Shown piece by piece: positions 10,407 to 20,206 of a stretch of DNA of 64,000 nucleotides. Position numbers and translations under genes: made by a program. The notes under the pieces are model-generated. The model had not been told where the DNA came from and did not search any database. It saw nothing but the letters and a program-made list of their open reading frames with translations. Numbering within the stretch: the stretch's first letter is position 1; each line of letters begins with the position of its first letter. Source of the DNA: Akkermansia muciniphila (GTDB lineage Bacteria > Verrucomicrobiota > Kiritimatiellia > RFP12 > JAAYNR01); NCBI GenBank assembly GCA_945870025.1, contig CAMBQN010000008.1, positions 34,666-98,665 on the forward strand, read 5' to 3'.

Positions 10407-11204
10407 TCACGCTACTGGCGTAACCGTCGGCCATGCCCCGCGAACAGATCCTTGATGGCGAATCAGAGTCCAAAAATCACTCGAGGCCGGGTCGGGCGTT
10501 ACAGGCGCCTGATTCGACCCGATGTAAAGGCAACCGACTTCGCCGGGAGGCAGCAAGGTTATCAGGCTGCGAGCTTGCTCCCGCGCGGCCAGCCATTTTC
10601 GCTTCAGCACGCCGAGATCAATAGGGTTCTGCAAACTCAGTCGTCCCATATCCGCCTGCGTGTAAGCCGTGTGACGGCTCGCCTGCGCCAACAGGAACTC
10701 GGGCGTGAAGCCGGGATCCTTCCCGCAAGCCGCCCACGCCAACGCGCCAAGCGATAAATAGGTTTCGTGCAGATGCATGACATCCACGAAATCGCGGACC
10801 TCACTCCGCCCAGCCAGAGCCAACATCTTGTTGGTGGCCGCGTCGGCATCGTGCAAACGGTAGCCGCAAAATGCGTCCTGCTGCACCGGGAAGAACCGGA
10901 AGGCGCTGTCCTGCGCCCATTCGACCTTTAATTGTTGTGCGTCAACCGTCACAACGGCACGGTGGAACGTGGGTGTCCGCAGCGTCCACTCGAGACGATA
11001 TCCGGCGTCACGAAGTGTCGCCGCGTCCTGCTCCGCGCAACTCGCGATACTGTCTTCCACGTCGTGGAACAAATCGATGTCCTGCGAGAAACGGGGACTA
11101 TTGCGGTCTCGATGAAGCACAGTGGCTCCGGCGAGATAGCTCTCCGGACTGCGGTTCGCGGCCATGCATCGCAGCACCACCGCCTGAATGTCACTTATCG
11201 GCAT
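10407..11204 (-). CDS. AbiEii/DUF1814-like nucleotidyltransferase (type IV TA toxin-like)
   Basis: The motif GATVLHRDRNSPRFSQDIDLF matches the AbiEii GGTxL...R.S.DID consensus. Length is 265 aa. It sits inside the glycoside hydrolase operon. Confidence 0.6.
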   Translation of the reverse strand: MPISDIQAVVLRCMAANRSPESYLAGATVLHRDRNSPRFSQDIDLFHDVEDSIASCAEQDAATLRDAGYRLEWTLRTPTFHRAVVTVDAQQLKVEWAQDSAFRFFPVQQDAFCGYRLHDADAATNKMLALAGRSEVRDFVDVMHLHETYLSLGALAWAACGKDPGFTPEFLLAQASRHTAYTQADMGRLSLQNPIDLGVLKRKWLAAREQARSLITLLPPGEVGCLYIGSNQAPVTPDPASSDFWTLIRHQGSVRGAWPTVTPVA

Positions 11205-11470
11205 AATTTTGCGGCCAGAAGAAACCCTTGCCGCCCTCCGTTTTGTCGCAAGCCACGCACCAATTCAGGAATGTCGTCGCTCGTCACGCAAAGGTCCGGG
11301 CGCATGAACCAGAAGCACTGCGCATGAAACTCCCGAAAAATCTTCCTCGCCTCGCGCACACGCACCATGTCGCGAGCGGTCTCTGACGGCAGCCGACGGC
11401 GGCTCTTTGCCCCGCCTTTCCGTCCAATCGCAGCGAGATACGCGCGGACTTCCTTTGGCACTGGTTTCAT
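11195..11470 (-). CDS. Small basic protein (91 aa), possible antitoxin or partner of the AbiEii-like gene
   Basis: It overlaps the downstream AbiEii-like gene by 10 nt. The N-terminus is basic (KGGAKSRRRLPSETARDMVRVREARK). It is too short to be a canonical AbiEi. Confidence 0.3.
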   Translation of the reverse strand: MKPVPKEVRAYLAAIGRKGGAKSRRRLPSETARDMVRVREARKIFREFHAQCFWFMRPDLCVTSDDIPELVRGLRQNGGRQGFLLAAKLCR

Positions 11471-11538
11471 ATGGGAGTCATCATAAGCGGCTTATATTGA
11501 GAACGCAAGCGGAAAAGCGCTTTGGAGCCATGCGCTCG

Positions 11539-13842
11539 CTACGCGCCGACCACGACGCGGATGTGGGCCTCGCGCCCCGGAGGCAGTATCGGGATCAGAT
11601 TGCCGGCCACCGGTTTCCCGTCAACGTACAGTTCCTTCACCCGCTTCGAAACACCCTCGGGCGCTTCGATCGTGATGTGGTAGATGCTGCCTCGATACGG
11701 ACGCTTGACGGTGATCTTCGGCCAGGTGGACGGCAACCGGGGATCCACGCGCAACCCGTCGAATTCCGGGGTGATCCCCGCAAAGCCCTCAAACAGGACC
11801 CGGTACATCCAGCACACGGTGCCGCTGTTCCAAGGGATGCCCGTGCGGCCGAGCTGACCGGAAGGCGCCGTGTTCGTGTAGGAGGCGTACACGTAAGGCT
11901 CGACCGTGTGCTCCGCCCATTTCTGGCTCATGTAGGCCGGAATCAGTTTCTTGTAGAGCTCCAGCGCGCGATCCTGGTGACCGATCTTGCATTCCGCCAA
12001 CATGACCCACGTCACCGCGTGGTGCCAACTGCTGCCATTGTGATGATGCCCGGCGGCATATCTCGTGATCATGCCGATCCGTTTCTGGATCTTCGTGTAG
12101 GGCGGCGTCATCAGGGGAATGCCCACGGGCGTGTCCATCAGCTCCTGGACCGCCTCCATGCTCGTCAAGGCCCGGTCCGCCGGTGCCACGCCGGACAGGA
12201 TTGCCCAGGCCTGCGGGTTCACCCAGATTCGGCCTTCCTCTTCCGTGCTCGATCCGATGACGCCGCCGTCATCGTCAAACGCCAGCAGATACCAGCGGCC
12301 ATCCCAGCAATTCGTATTGATGGATGCGGCCAGTTCGCGCGCCTGCGCCAGAAAACGCGCCGCGTCGTCCGCATGCCCCGTGCGCAGGGCCAGCTCGTGC
12401 ATGTCCATCAAGTTGTGGTGATAGAACAACCCCATCCAGACGCTCACGCCGGTGTTGGCGGACCCCACCAGGCAGTCGTTCCAGTCGCCGCACTTGGTCA
12501 GGGGGAGGCCGAATCGCCCGCTTTCCTGCTTGATGTAATCGATCGCCCGCACGCAATGCTCGTAGACGGTTCCCTCGCCCCCATCCGCATAGCTGAACGT
12601 GTGGTCGAGCCATCGATAGTCGCCGGTCTCGCGAATGTGCCGGGCGGTCAGCCAGGTCAACCACAGCGGAAGGTCGGAGTTGATGGTGCGATGATGGAAC
12701 GAGCCGAGAAGATGGACGTCATGACGCGTGCACCCATCGCTGAATTGCGTTTCCAGAACCAGGGTCAGCCGCGCCCTGGCGCGCTCCGGATCATACGCCG
12801 TAACCGCGCCCATGTCCTGAGCCGTGTCGCGCACACCGAACCGGGAGTAGTACCGGGTGAACATGTTATAGCGGTGCCAGTTGTTGGCAAAGCGGGTCAT
12901 GTCGCTGTCCGGCAATTCGATGGTCATCCGGCCCAGATAGTCCGTCCACCACTGTTTCAAGGCGGCAAACGCCGAATCCGCCTGAACAACCGTTCCGTAT
13001 TTGGCCCGGATGCGACCGGCATCGGAGGGATCTTTGGCCATGCCCACCAGAACGACGAGGTCTGCGGATGCACCTGGGGCCAGTGTGATGTCCATCTGCA
13101 ACACGCCGCAACTATCCAACCCCTTGTGCATCGAGTTCCGGCAACTCCCGGTCTGGATGGCTTCGGCGCCGGCAGAGAAACTCCCGGCTCCTGTAAACGT
13201 CTCCAGCACGCAATCAAAGCCGGACGGGGCCGGGCTGGAAGCCATGAAGCCCACGCGATCCCAGGTGCGTTCGAATTTGTTGTAAGTGGTGCGGTAGTCT
13301 ACAAACGGCCAGTGATTGCATTTGCCGATGATCATGCTGTCGGCAAAATACACATCATCGAAGCCGGTTTCATAACCGGTCAGGCCGAAGCGCCAGAGCA
13401 CGCACGGAAACACCCGCAGCGTGCGCGGCCTGTTGCCGGTGTTCTCCAGACGGATCTGCCAAATCTCCGTGGTCTCGTCCACCGGCACCAAGTAGGTCAC
13501 GCGGCCCGCGATCTCGCTGGTCTTTGATTGCAATCGCGTATAGCCGAAGCCATGTGTGCATTTCCAGTCGGCAGGCTGTTTGGCGGAATCCACGCCATTG
13601 ATGGTCCAGACGGCGCCGCTCTCCTGATCACGCACGGCAACCAGGCGCGGATTATTGTCCGGGCAGAGGCAATCGTTCACGGGAGACCGGTCGAACACCG
13701 CCCCCGCGCCCGTTTGCGTAAAGCTCGACTTCAACTGGTCTGTGAAGATCAAGTTGCGCCAGGGATTCTTATGGTCGCGCTGGGTAAAAGAGAACTCTTT
13801 GCCATCATCCGAAAATGACCAGAAATCGCCGCGTAATGACAT
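11539..13842 (-). CDS. Six-hairpin glycoside hydrolase or phosphorylase, GH94/GH36-superfamily-like
   Basis: A 767 aa ORF has an N-terminal beta-sandwich and an (alpha/alpha)6 region (GSSWHHAVTWVMLAE). Family assignment is tentative. Confidence 0.45.
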   Translation of the reverse strand: MSLRGDFWSFSDDGKEFSFTQRDHKNPWRNLIFTDQLKSSFTQTGAGAVFDRSPVNDCLCPDNNPRLVAVRDQESGAVWTINGVDSAKQPADWKCTHGFGYTRLQSKTSEIAGRVTYLVPVDETTEIWQIRLENTGNRPRTLRVFPCVLWRFGLTGYETGFDDVYFADSMIIGKCNHWPFVDYRTTYNKFERTWDRVGFMASSPAPSGFDCVLETFTGAGSFSAGAEAIQTGSCRNSMHKGLDSCGVLQMDITLAPGASADLVVLVGMAKDPSDAGRIRAKYGTVVQADSAFAALKQWWTDYLGRMTIELPDSDMTRFANNWHRYNMFTRYYSRFGVRDTAQDMGAVTAYDPERARARLTLVLETQFSDGCTRHDVHLLGSFHHRTINSDLPLWLTWLTARHIRETGDYRWLDHTFSYADGGEGTVYEHCVRAIDYIKQESGRFGLPLTKCGDWNDCLVGSANTGVSVWMGLFYHHNLMDMHELALRTGHADDAARFLAQARELAASINTNCWDGRWYLLAFDDDGGVIGSSTEEEGRIWVNPQAWAILSGVAPADRALTSMEAVQELMDTPVGIPLMTPPYTKIQKRIGMITRYAAGHHHNGSSWHHAVTWVMLAECKIGHQDRALELYKKLIPAYMSQKWAEHTVEPYVYASYTNTAPSGQLGRTGIPWNSGTVCWMYRVLFEGFAGITPEFDGLRVDPRLPSTWPKITVKRPYRGSIYHITIEAPEGVSKRVKELYVDGKPVAGNLIPILPPGREAHIRVVVGA

Positions 13843-14075
13843 TGCTTACTCCGTATTGCTGTTTCGTCCGTCCGCGCCACCGTTTTGCGGATTGGAAAGA
13901 ATAGCAGGAGATGCAGGGGGGTACAAGGCGAATGCGATAAATCTGAGGGGGATCGATGCATTGCAAACGAACGCGCCTTGTGTCATGCTATTCCCGGCGT
14001 CGAGAACAGAACCGCTCGCATGTCATTAGTGCCTTAACTCTGAAGAACGGCGAAGAAGAACAAAAGGGATGGTCC

Positions 14076-14176
14076 TGTGTGTGAGTGTGTGAGTGTGTGA
14101 GTATGTGGGTGTGTGTGAAGCGACGCACTCACATACTCACACACTCACATACCCACACACTCACATACCCACACAC
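14076..14176. repeat. GT-rich/CA-rich imperfect inverted repeat (hairpin-forming), family copy A
   Basis: The sequence gtgtgtgagtgtgtgagtgtgtgagtatgtgggtgtgtgtg ... cactcacatactcacacactcacatacccacacac lies in the divergent intergenic region between the GH94-like gene and the glycyl radical enzyme gene. Confidence 0.6.
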
Positions 14177-14216
14177 GTGGTTGCGGGCAAAGACCGCGTT
14201 AGGAAAGGAATCTGCC

Positions 14217-16400
14217 ATGTCCACGAAGCTCTCCGCTATCGACTTTGGCATCGCCACCGGCGAGAAACCGCCGCAGCGGCTTCCGGAAACCACGCGCAAG
14301 CTCGCGGAGTGCTACCTCTCGGGCGAGATCGGACGCCGCGTACAACCGGCCTCGTTCGCGATCCCTGACTCTTTCTATGAAGCGATGCCATCCCCAAACC
14401 GGCAATACGCGGAGGCGGTGCGCCTGATCGCCGCGCATGCGCCGCTCCGGATCCTGCCGGGCGAGAAACTGGCGGGCGCCGCCACCCTTCAGGAAGCCAT
14501 GCAGCACGCCGTGCCGCTCCTGCGGCAATCCTATGTGGGCCGCAACCTATCCACCCCGCCGGCGCCGCTCATGTCCTCGGTCAGCCATACCACCCTCGGG
14601 TTCGACAAGGCGCTGCGGGTCGGCTATCGCGGGATCCGCGCGGAGATCCACGCGCGTATCACCCGGGGCGGTCTCACCCCCGACGGCGAGGAACTGCTCC
14701 GCTGCATGCTCGACTGCCTCGACGCGGCCTCAGTCTGGCACGGGCGCCACGTCCAGGCGCTGAAAGAACGCATCGCGGCGAGCACCGGCGCGGAGCGCCA
14801 GGACTACACGGCCCTGCTGGCGGCGCTGCAAAATGTTCCTGAGAATCCTCCTTCGACCTTCCGCGAGGCCGTGCAGGCGCTCTGGCTGCTCTGGGATTTC
14901 CAGCGCCTCTGCGGCAACTGGAGTGGACTCGGCCGTGTGGACAAGATGCTCGGGCCGTACCTCGCCGCAGATCTCGCGGCCGGACGGATCACCCTCGACG
15001 AGGCGCGGGACCTGCTCGCGCATTTTTGGATCAAGGGGTGTGAGTGGATCACGGCGGATGGGCGCGGCAGCGGCGACGCCCAATTCTACCAGAACGTGGT
15101 CCTGGCCGGCGTGGACGAGGCTGGCCGAGAGGTCGCCAATGACGTCACGGATCTGATCCTCGACGTGGTGGAGGAGCTCCACATCAGCGACTTCCCCATC
15201 GCCGCGCGCATCTCGAAGCGCACGCCGGAGCGCCTGCTCCGGCGCGTGGCCGCAATCCAGCGCCTCGGCGGCGGCATCGTGGCGATCTACAACGAGGACC
15301 GCATCATCCCGACCCTCGTGAATTTTGGTTATACCCTGGAGGAAGCGTGCGACTTCGCCAACGATGGATGCTGGGAGCTCTTGATTCCCGGCAAGACCTG
15401 CTTCGGGTACCAAGCCTTCGACGCACTGCAGTTGTTGCAGGATACGCTGGACCTCGGCTCCCCCGATAGGCCGGCGATGGAGTTCGCGACTTTTGATGAA
15501 CTGTACGAAGATTTCCGCCGGCGGCTGGCGTTCCGGCTCACGCAACTGTTCAATGAAACGCGTCGCTCGACGCATCCCACCGTTCTCGTGGATATCCTCG
15601 TGGACGGCTGTATCGAGTCGGGCCGGTCCTACTACGACCTCGGGCCCCGCTACACGGCCCTCTCTCCCCATCCCGGCGGTCTTCCGGATGTGGTCGACAG
15701 CCTACTCGCCATCCGCCGCATCGTCTTTGAGGAGCAGCGCCTGTCGCTGCAGGATTTCGTGGCGACTCTGCGGGCCGACTGGCAGGGACGCGAGGAACTC
15801 CGTCAGTGTATCCGCGCGCGCTTCGGCTTCTTCGGCGGAGGCTCCGCCGAATCCGAGGCCATGATGCGCCGCGTGTTCGACGACTACACCGGGCTCGTTG
15901 GAAAGGTCCGGCAACGGCACGGCATCCTGCGGCCCGCCGGCATCAGCACGTTTGGACGCGAGTCTTCGGACTACCTACCCCATCGTTTGGCCACCGCTTC
16001 CGGCCACAGGAAAGGCGAGATACTGGCCTCCAACTTCAGCCCCTCGCCCGGATCGAACGCCGGCCCCACCGCCGCCATCGCCGCGCACTGCTGCGTGGAC
16101 TTCTCCCGCCTGCCGTGCGGCACCGCGCTGGACCTCAAGATCCATCCCGATTCCGTCCGCGACGAAGAGGGGTTGCAGGCGATGGTCGCCCTGCTCCGCG
16201 CCTTCGTCGAACTCGGCGGCATCTTCCTGCAGATCGACGTCGTGGACGCGGCCATCCTGCGCGACGCCCAGGCACACCCCGAGCGCTACCCGAACCTGTC
16301 CGTGCGGGTCTCCGGATGGTCCGCCCGCTTCGCCACACTGAATCGGGAATGGCAGGAACTCATCATCTCACGGATGGAGGCAATGGAGTTAAACCTATGA
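14217..16400 (+). CDS. Glycyl radical enzyme (PFL2/dehydratase-like) with an atypical Gly-radical loop
   Basis: The C-terminal RVSGWSARFATLNREWQELIISRME resembles the RVSGY glycine radical motif, with Y replaced by W. A candidate Cys loop is FANDGCWE. Length is ~727 aa from MSTKLSAIDFG. The upstream in-frame extension is a GT-repeat artifact. Confidence 0.65.
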   Translation: MSTKLSAIDFGIATGEKPPQRLPETTRKLAECYLSGEIGRRVQPASFAIPDSFYEAMPSPNRQYAEAVRLIAAHAPLRILPGEKLAGAATLQEAMQHAVPLLRQSYVGRNLSTPPAPLMSSVSHTTLGFDKALRVGYRGIRAEIHARITRGGLTPDGEELLRCMLDCLDAASVWHGRHVQALKERIAASTGAERQDYTALLAALQNVPENPPSTFREAVQALWLLWDFQRLCGNWSGLGRVDKMLGPYLAADLAAGRITLDEARDLLAHFWIKGCEWITADGRGSGDAQFYQNVVLAGVDEAGREVANDVTDLILDVVEELHISDFPIAARISKRTPERLLRRVAAIQRLGGGIVAIYNEDRIIPTLVNFGYTLEEACDFANDGCWELLIPGKTCFGYQAFDALQLLQDTLDLGSPDRPAMEFATFDELYEDFRRRLAFRLTQLFNETRRSTHPTVLVDILVDGCIESGRSYYDLGPRYTALSPHPGGLPDVVDSLLAIRRIVFEEQRLSLQDFVATLRADWQGREELRQCIRARFGFFGGGSAESEAMMRRVFDDYTGLVGKVRQRHGILRPAGISTFGRESSDYLPHRLATASGHRKGEILASNFSPSPGSNAGPTAAIAAHCCVDFSRLPCGTALDLKIHPDSVRDEEGLQAMVALLRAFVELGGIFLQIDVVDAAILRDAQAHPERYPNLSVRVSGWSARFATLNREWQELIISRMEAMELNL

Positions 16401-19252
16401 AGATACACATCTCCCCCACCGGCAGTGATCGCGGCGATGGCTCGGAGCAGCGACCCTTCGCCACACCGCAACGCGCGCAGACGGCGGCTCGCAAGAGCAA
16501 GGGGCCGGTACAGGTGGTGGTCCAGGCCGGCGTCTACGAGCTGGCATCGCCCCTGCGTTTCAACCCGGCCGACAGCGGCCAGCGCTGGTCGGCAGCGCCG
16601 GGGAGCAAGCCGGTGTTCAGCGGCGGCCGCCGCCTGTCCGGCTGGTCGGTCGGAACCCGCGAGGGACGTACAGTGTGGACGCTGGAGTTGCCCGAGGTGC
16701 GCGCCGGTGCGTGGTTCTTCACCCAACTGTGGGTCGACGGACAGCGCCGCCGCCGGCCGCAACTGCCGAAGAGCGGGTTCTTCCGCTTCAGCGGCCTCGA
16801 CGGCCAGGGCGACACCGGCTACGCCTGGACTCAGGGGCCTGATCGCGCCGAGTACCCGGCCGGATCGATCAGCCGATTCAGCAACCTCGATGACGTCCAG
16901 GTGGTCACCTACCAATTGTGGTTCGACACCCACCTGCGCATCAAGGAACTCGACGAGCAGCGCCGCGTCGCGCATTTCCGCACCCGGTCACTGGGCAGCC
17001 TGCGCGACGAGGGCGGGCAGTTCGCACGCTTCATCCTGATCAACGTCGGCGAGGCCCTGTCGGAGCCGGGCGAGTGGTACCTCGACCGCGCCACGGGCGT
17101 GCTCACCTACCTGCCGCTGCCGGGCGAAAAGCCCGAATCGGTGACGGTGGTGGCGCCGCGCCTGACCGAGATTGTCCGTTTCCAGGGCTCGCGCAACGCG
17201 GCCGTCGCCGACGTCGTGCTCGAGAACCTCGGCATGGAGCACAACGAGTGGTCGCGTGCGCTGGACAACTGCGGCACGCCGCAGGCCGCCATCGACGTGC
17301 CCGGGGCGGTGGTGTTCGAGCGCGCCGAGCGCTGCGTGCTCTACGGCTGCGAACTCGCCCATCTCGCCGGCTATGGCGTCGAGACGCTCGCCGGCAGCAG
17401 CGGCACCGTCATCGCCGCATGCACCATCCGCGACCTCGGCGGCGGGGCGGTGAAGATCGGCCACGAGGGGGCGGCCGGCGCTAAATCCAGCAAAGAAGGC
17501 CACGGGTTGCGCCCGCAAGCCGCCACCGTCGCAGACTGCCACCTGCACGACGGCGGCCATGTCTACCCCAGCGCAATCGGCGTGTGGATCGGCAACGCCG
17601 GCGGCAACCGTATCCAGCACAACCACATCCACCACTTCGCCTACACCGGGATCTCGTTCGGCTGGACCTGGGGCTACGCGCCCACCCGGACGTGGGACAA
17701 CCGCATCGAGCGCAACCACATCCACCACATCAACCACCAGCGTCTGCTCTCGGACAACGGCGGCATCTACTCGCTCGGCATCCAGCCGGGATCGACCGTG
17801 GTCGGCAACCACCTGCACGACATCGCCTGCTACCACTACGGCGGCTGGGGCCTCTACCCGGACGAAGGCAGTAGCGGCATGCAGTGGCACGACAACCTCG
17901 TGCACCACGTGCAGTACTGCGGCTACAGCTTGCACTACGGCCGCTTCCTCAGCGTGCGGAACAACATCTTCGCGGTCATGGACAAGGCGATGCTGGGTGC
18001 CGGTCGCGCCGACCTCAGTTGTGGTGTGGCGTTCGAGCGCAACCTGATCTGGTTCGACCGCGACAACCTGCAGGCCGAAGCGGACTGGAACCCGGTACTC
18101 TGCGCCACCCGTCGCAACCTGGTGTGGAACGCTGGCAGCGGCGGGGTGAAGTGGCATCTCGGTTCGCTGGCCGGGGAGAACCGCGGGGGGCGCTGGCTGG
18201 AATCGGTCGAGGCCGATCCTCTGTTCGCCGACCCGCGCAGCGGCGACTTCGCCCTGCGCGCCGATTCCCCCGCCCTGGCCATCGGCTTCAAGCCGTTCGA
18301 CTGGCGGAAGGCCGGGGTGCGCACGCGCGGCGTCCTGCCGGCATCCTGGAAAGCCTACCGACTGCCGTCGGCGCCGCCCAAGGCCCTGGCGGTGGCGCGG
18401 ATCGAGGCTGGCCAACTGGTCGTCGTCGACGGTCTGGCCGAGCTGCCGCTGCGCGTGACCCTGACGAACCCCTCGGCCGGTCGCGTGCGCGGCCGCTGGC
18501 GCGTACGCCTCGCCGACGGCGCGACCATGGTGGCCGATCCCGGTCCCCGCCTGGAGGCCGATCTGCCGCCCGGCGGCGAAGTGGTGCGTGAGCTGCGCGT
18601 GCGCCTGCCGGCCACGCACGGACGGCAATGGGTACAGGTGGTCGGCGACGAACGCTCCTGCTTCTCGGCCGCCGTGCCGGTGCGGGTGCCGACGGCCGTG
18701 CCGATGCCGCGCCTGCCCGCAGGCTCGCCCATCGACAGCGGTCTCGACATCGGCGTCGAGCACGCAGGCACCGCCATCCTGAGCGGTCGCGCCGCGGTGG
18801 TCGGCGATGCGCTCGCCCTCGACCTGACCGTGCGCGACGCGACGATGCGCGTCGACCGCGCCAAGCCGTGGCTGGGCGCCTCGGTCGAGGTCTTCGCTGG
18901 CGCCGAGCCGACGCCCGGGACGCAGCCGCAGCCACACCAGCTCATCCTCATCCCTGCCGACGCCCAGGGGCCGGCCGAGGTCCGTCCCGTCGGCGCCTCG
19001 CCAGCGCCAGTGCCGGGCTGGGAGATCACCGCCGTCGACGGCGGCTGGCGCGCCCGGGTGCAGGTACCACTGGCCGCGCTGGGTATCGACCCAGCCGCGC
19101 AGGTGTTCCGCTTCGACATCATCTGCAACGCCACCTCGCCGATCGCGGGCCAGAACTCCCTCAGGCTCGCACGCTGGGGTTCGACGGGCAATTTCAACGA
19201 CATCTTCGGCCTGGCCAAGATCGAGGCGGGGACAACGTGTAGTATCAGTTAG
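16398..19252 (+). CDS. Cytoplasmic right-handed parallel beta-helix repeat protein (pectate-lyase-fold)
   Basis: The start overlaps the glycyl radical enzyme stop (ATGA). Repeated NHIHH/GIY motifs are present (NRIQHNHIHHFAYTGISFGW, NHIHHINHQ, GGIYSLG). There is no signal peptide. Confidence 0.65.
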
Positions 19253-20106
19253 TCCCTGCCGATTTGACGCTGTTGGCCCGGCGTGCGACCGGTCGCCTTC
19301 TTGTAGACCGCACACAGGTAGCGCTCGTTCCGGAAGCCGCAGACCGCGGCAATGGCCTTTAGCGGCAACGTCGTGTGCCGCAGCAGGTCCGTAGCGCGGC
19401 GCACACGGGCCGCGACCAAATAGTGGCTGATCGTGTCACCTGTCCGCCGGACGAACAGATGGCGCATGTGCTCGCCGCTCAAGCCCACTGCTTGCGCAAC
19501 ATCGGCCACCGACGCCACCGTCTGAAGGTGCTCATCAATGTACCGCAGCGCTTTCTGAATATGCACCGTTGCGAGATCGGGGCAAGCCGCAACCTCCGCA
19601 TTCGTCTCCTCGGCGAGCAACCCGCACACGACCGCCGTTCCGCGTGCCTGGTACAAGCACTGCTTCAATTCGTCGGGCGCAGATGGCAGGACGCACAACG
19701 ACAGGATTTCCTTGATGATGCACGGGTCGCAGAGCACCGGGATGTGCAGCGTGCGCCCCGGCCAGGACCGCCGCCCCAACCGGCACCGTACGATCACGCA
19801 GCAGTCCACACCCTCGGTCGCCATACGCTGATCATGGACGAGTCCGGGCGGGTACGCCACGAGGGAACCCGGTGCAAAGTGAAGCTCGGACAAATCCGTA
19901 CCCATTCGCGTTGTGCCTGATCCGCTGGGATGATAGACGATCTCCGTACAGTCATGGGTATGAAACCCGCACTGGTTGCCAGCGGGAAGAACCTGACGGA
20001 ATCCGGTCACAAAGGTCACGTCCAATTGAGTCTGCATCTCACCCTCCCTCCGGCTGATAGCCGGTTTTTGGAATACAAAGCCTGTTCTTGGAATTGCCAA
20101 AAGCAA
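19249..20106 (-). CDS. AraC-family transcriptional regulator (cupin + HTH)
   Basis: The C-terminal HTH_AraC is IQKALRYIDEHL...AVCGFRNERYLCAVYKKATGRTPGQ. It is divergent from the isomerase/ADH operon. Confidence 0.7.
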   Translation of the reverse strand: MLLAIPRTGFVFQKPAISRREGEMQTQLDVTFVTGFRQVLPAGNQCGFHTHDCTEIVYHPSGSGTTRMGTDLSELHFAPGSLVAYPPGLVHDQRMATEGVDCCVIVRCRLGRRSWPGRTLHIPVLCDPCIIKEILSLCVLPSAPDELKQCLYQARGTAVVCGLLAEETNAEVAACPDLATVHIQKALRYIDEHLQTVASVADVAQAVGLSGEHMRHLFVRRTGDTISHYLVAARVRRATDLLRHTTLPLKAIAAVCGFRNERYLCAVYKKATGRTPGQQRQIGRD

Positions 20107-20206
20107 CTATATGCGATATTTTTTGTATTTGACAGCCGAATTCAGGCATCACGACTGAAACCGGCTGGCCGGATCAGGGAAGACACAAGCAAAAGGGAGG
20201 CGCACG

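Noticed and set aside
11407-13527. 706-aa plus-strand ORF antisense to the GH94-like gene
   Set aside because: It has low-complexity Arg/Gly/Pro composition. The opposite strand encodes the conserved hydrolase.
14085-14216. N-terminal extension of the glycyl radical enzyme ORF (MCECVSMWVCVKRRTHILTHSHTHTLTYPHT...) and the overlapping 14093..14368 ORF
   Set aside because: They are encoded by the GT/CA microsatellite-like hairpin repeat and are not real coding sequence. The real start is taken at MSTKLSAIDFG (14217).
15806-16397. Upstream extension of the 1148-aa ORF overlapping the glycyl radical enzyme 3' end
   Set aside because: It is out-of-frame overlap with the conserved glycyl radical enzyme C-terminus and is Arg/Pro-rich. 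The beta-helix gene start is set at MKIHISPTG (16398).
16988-19315. 775-aa minus-strand ORF opposite the beta-helix gene
   Set aside because: It is a G/R/A-rich shadow ORF. The plus-strand has repeated NHIHH/GIY beta-helix motifs and an overlap start with the glycyl radical enzyme gene.
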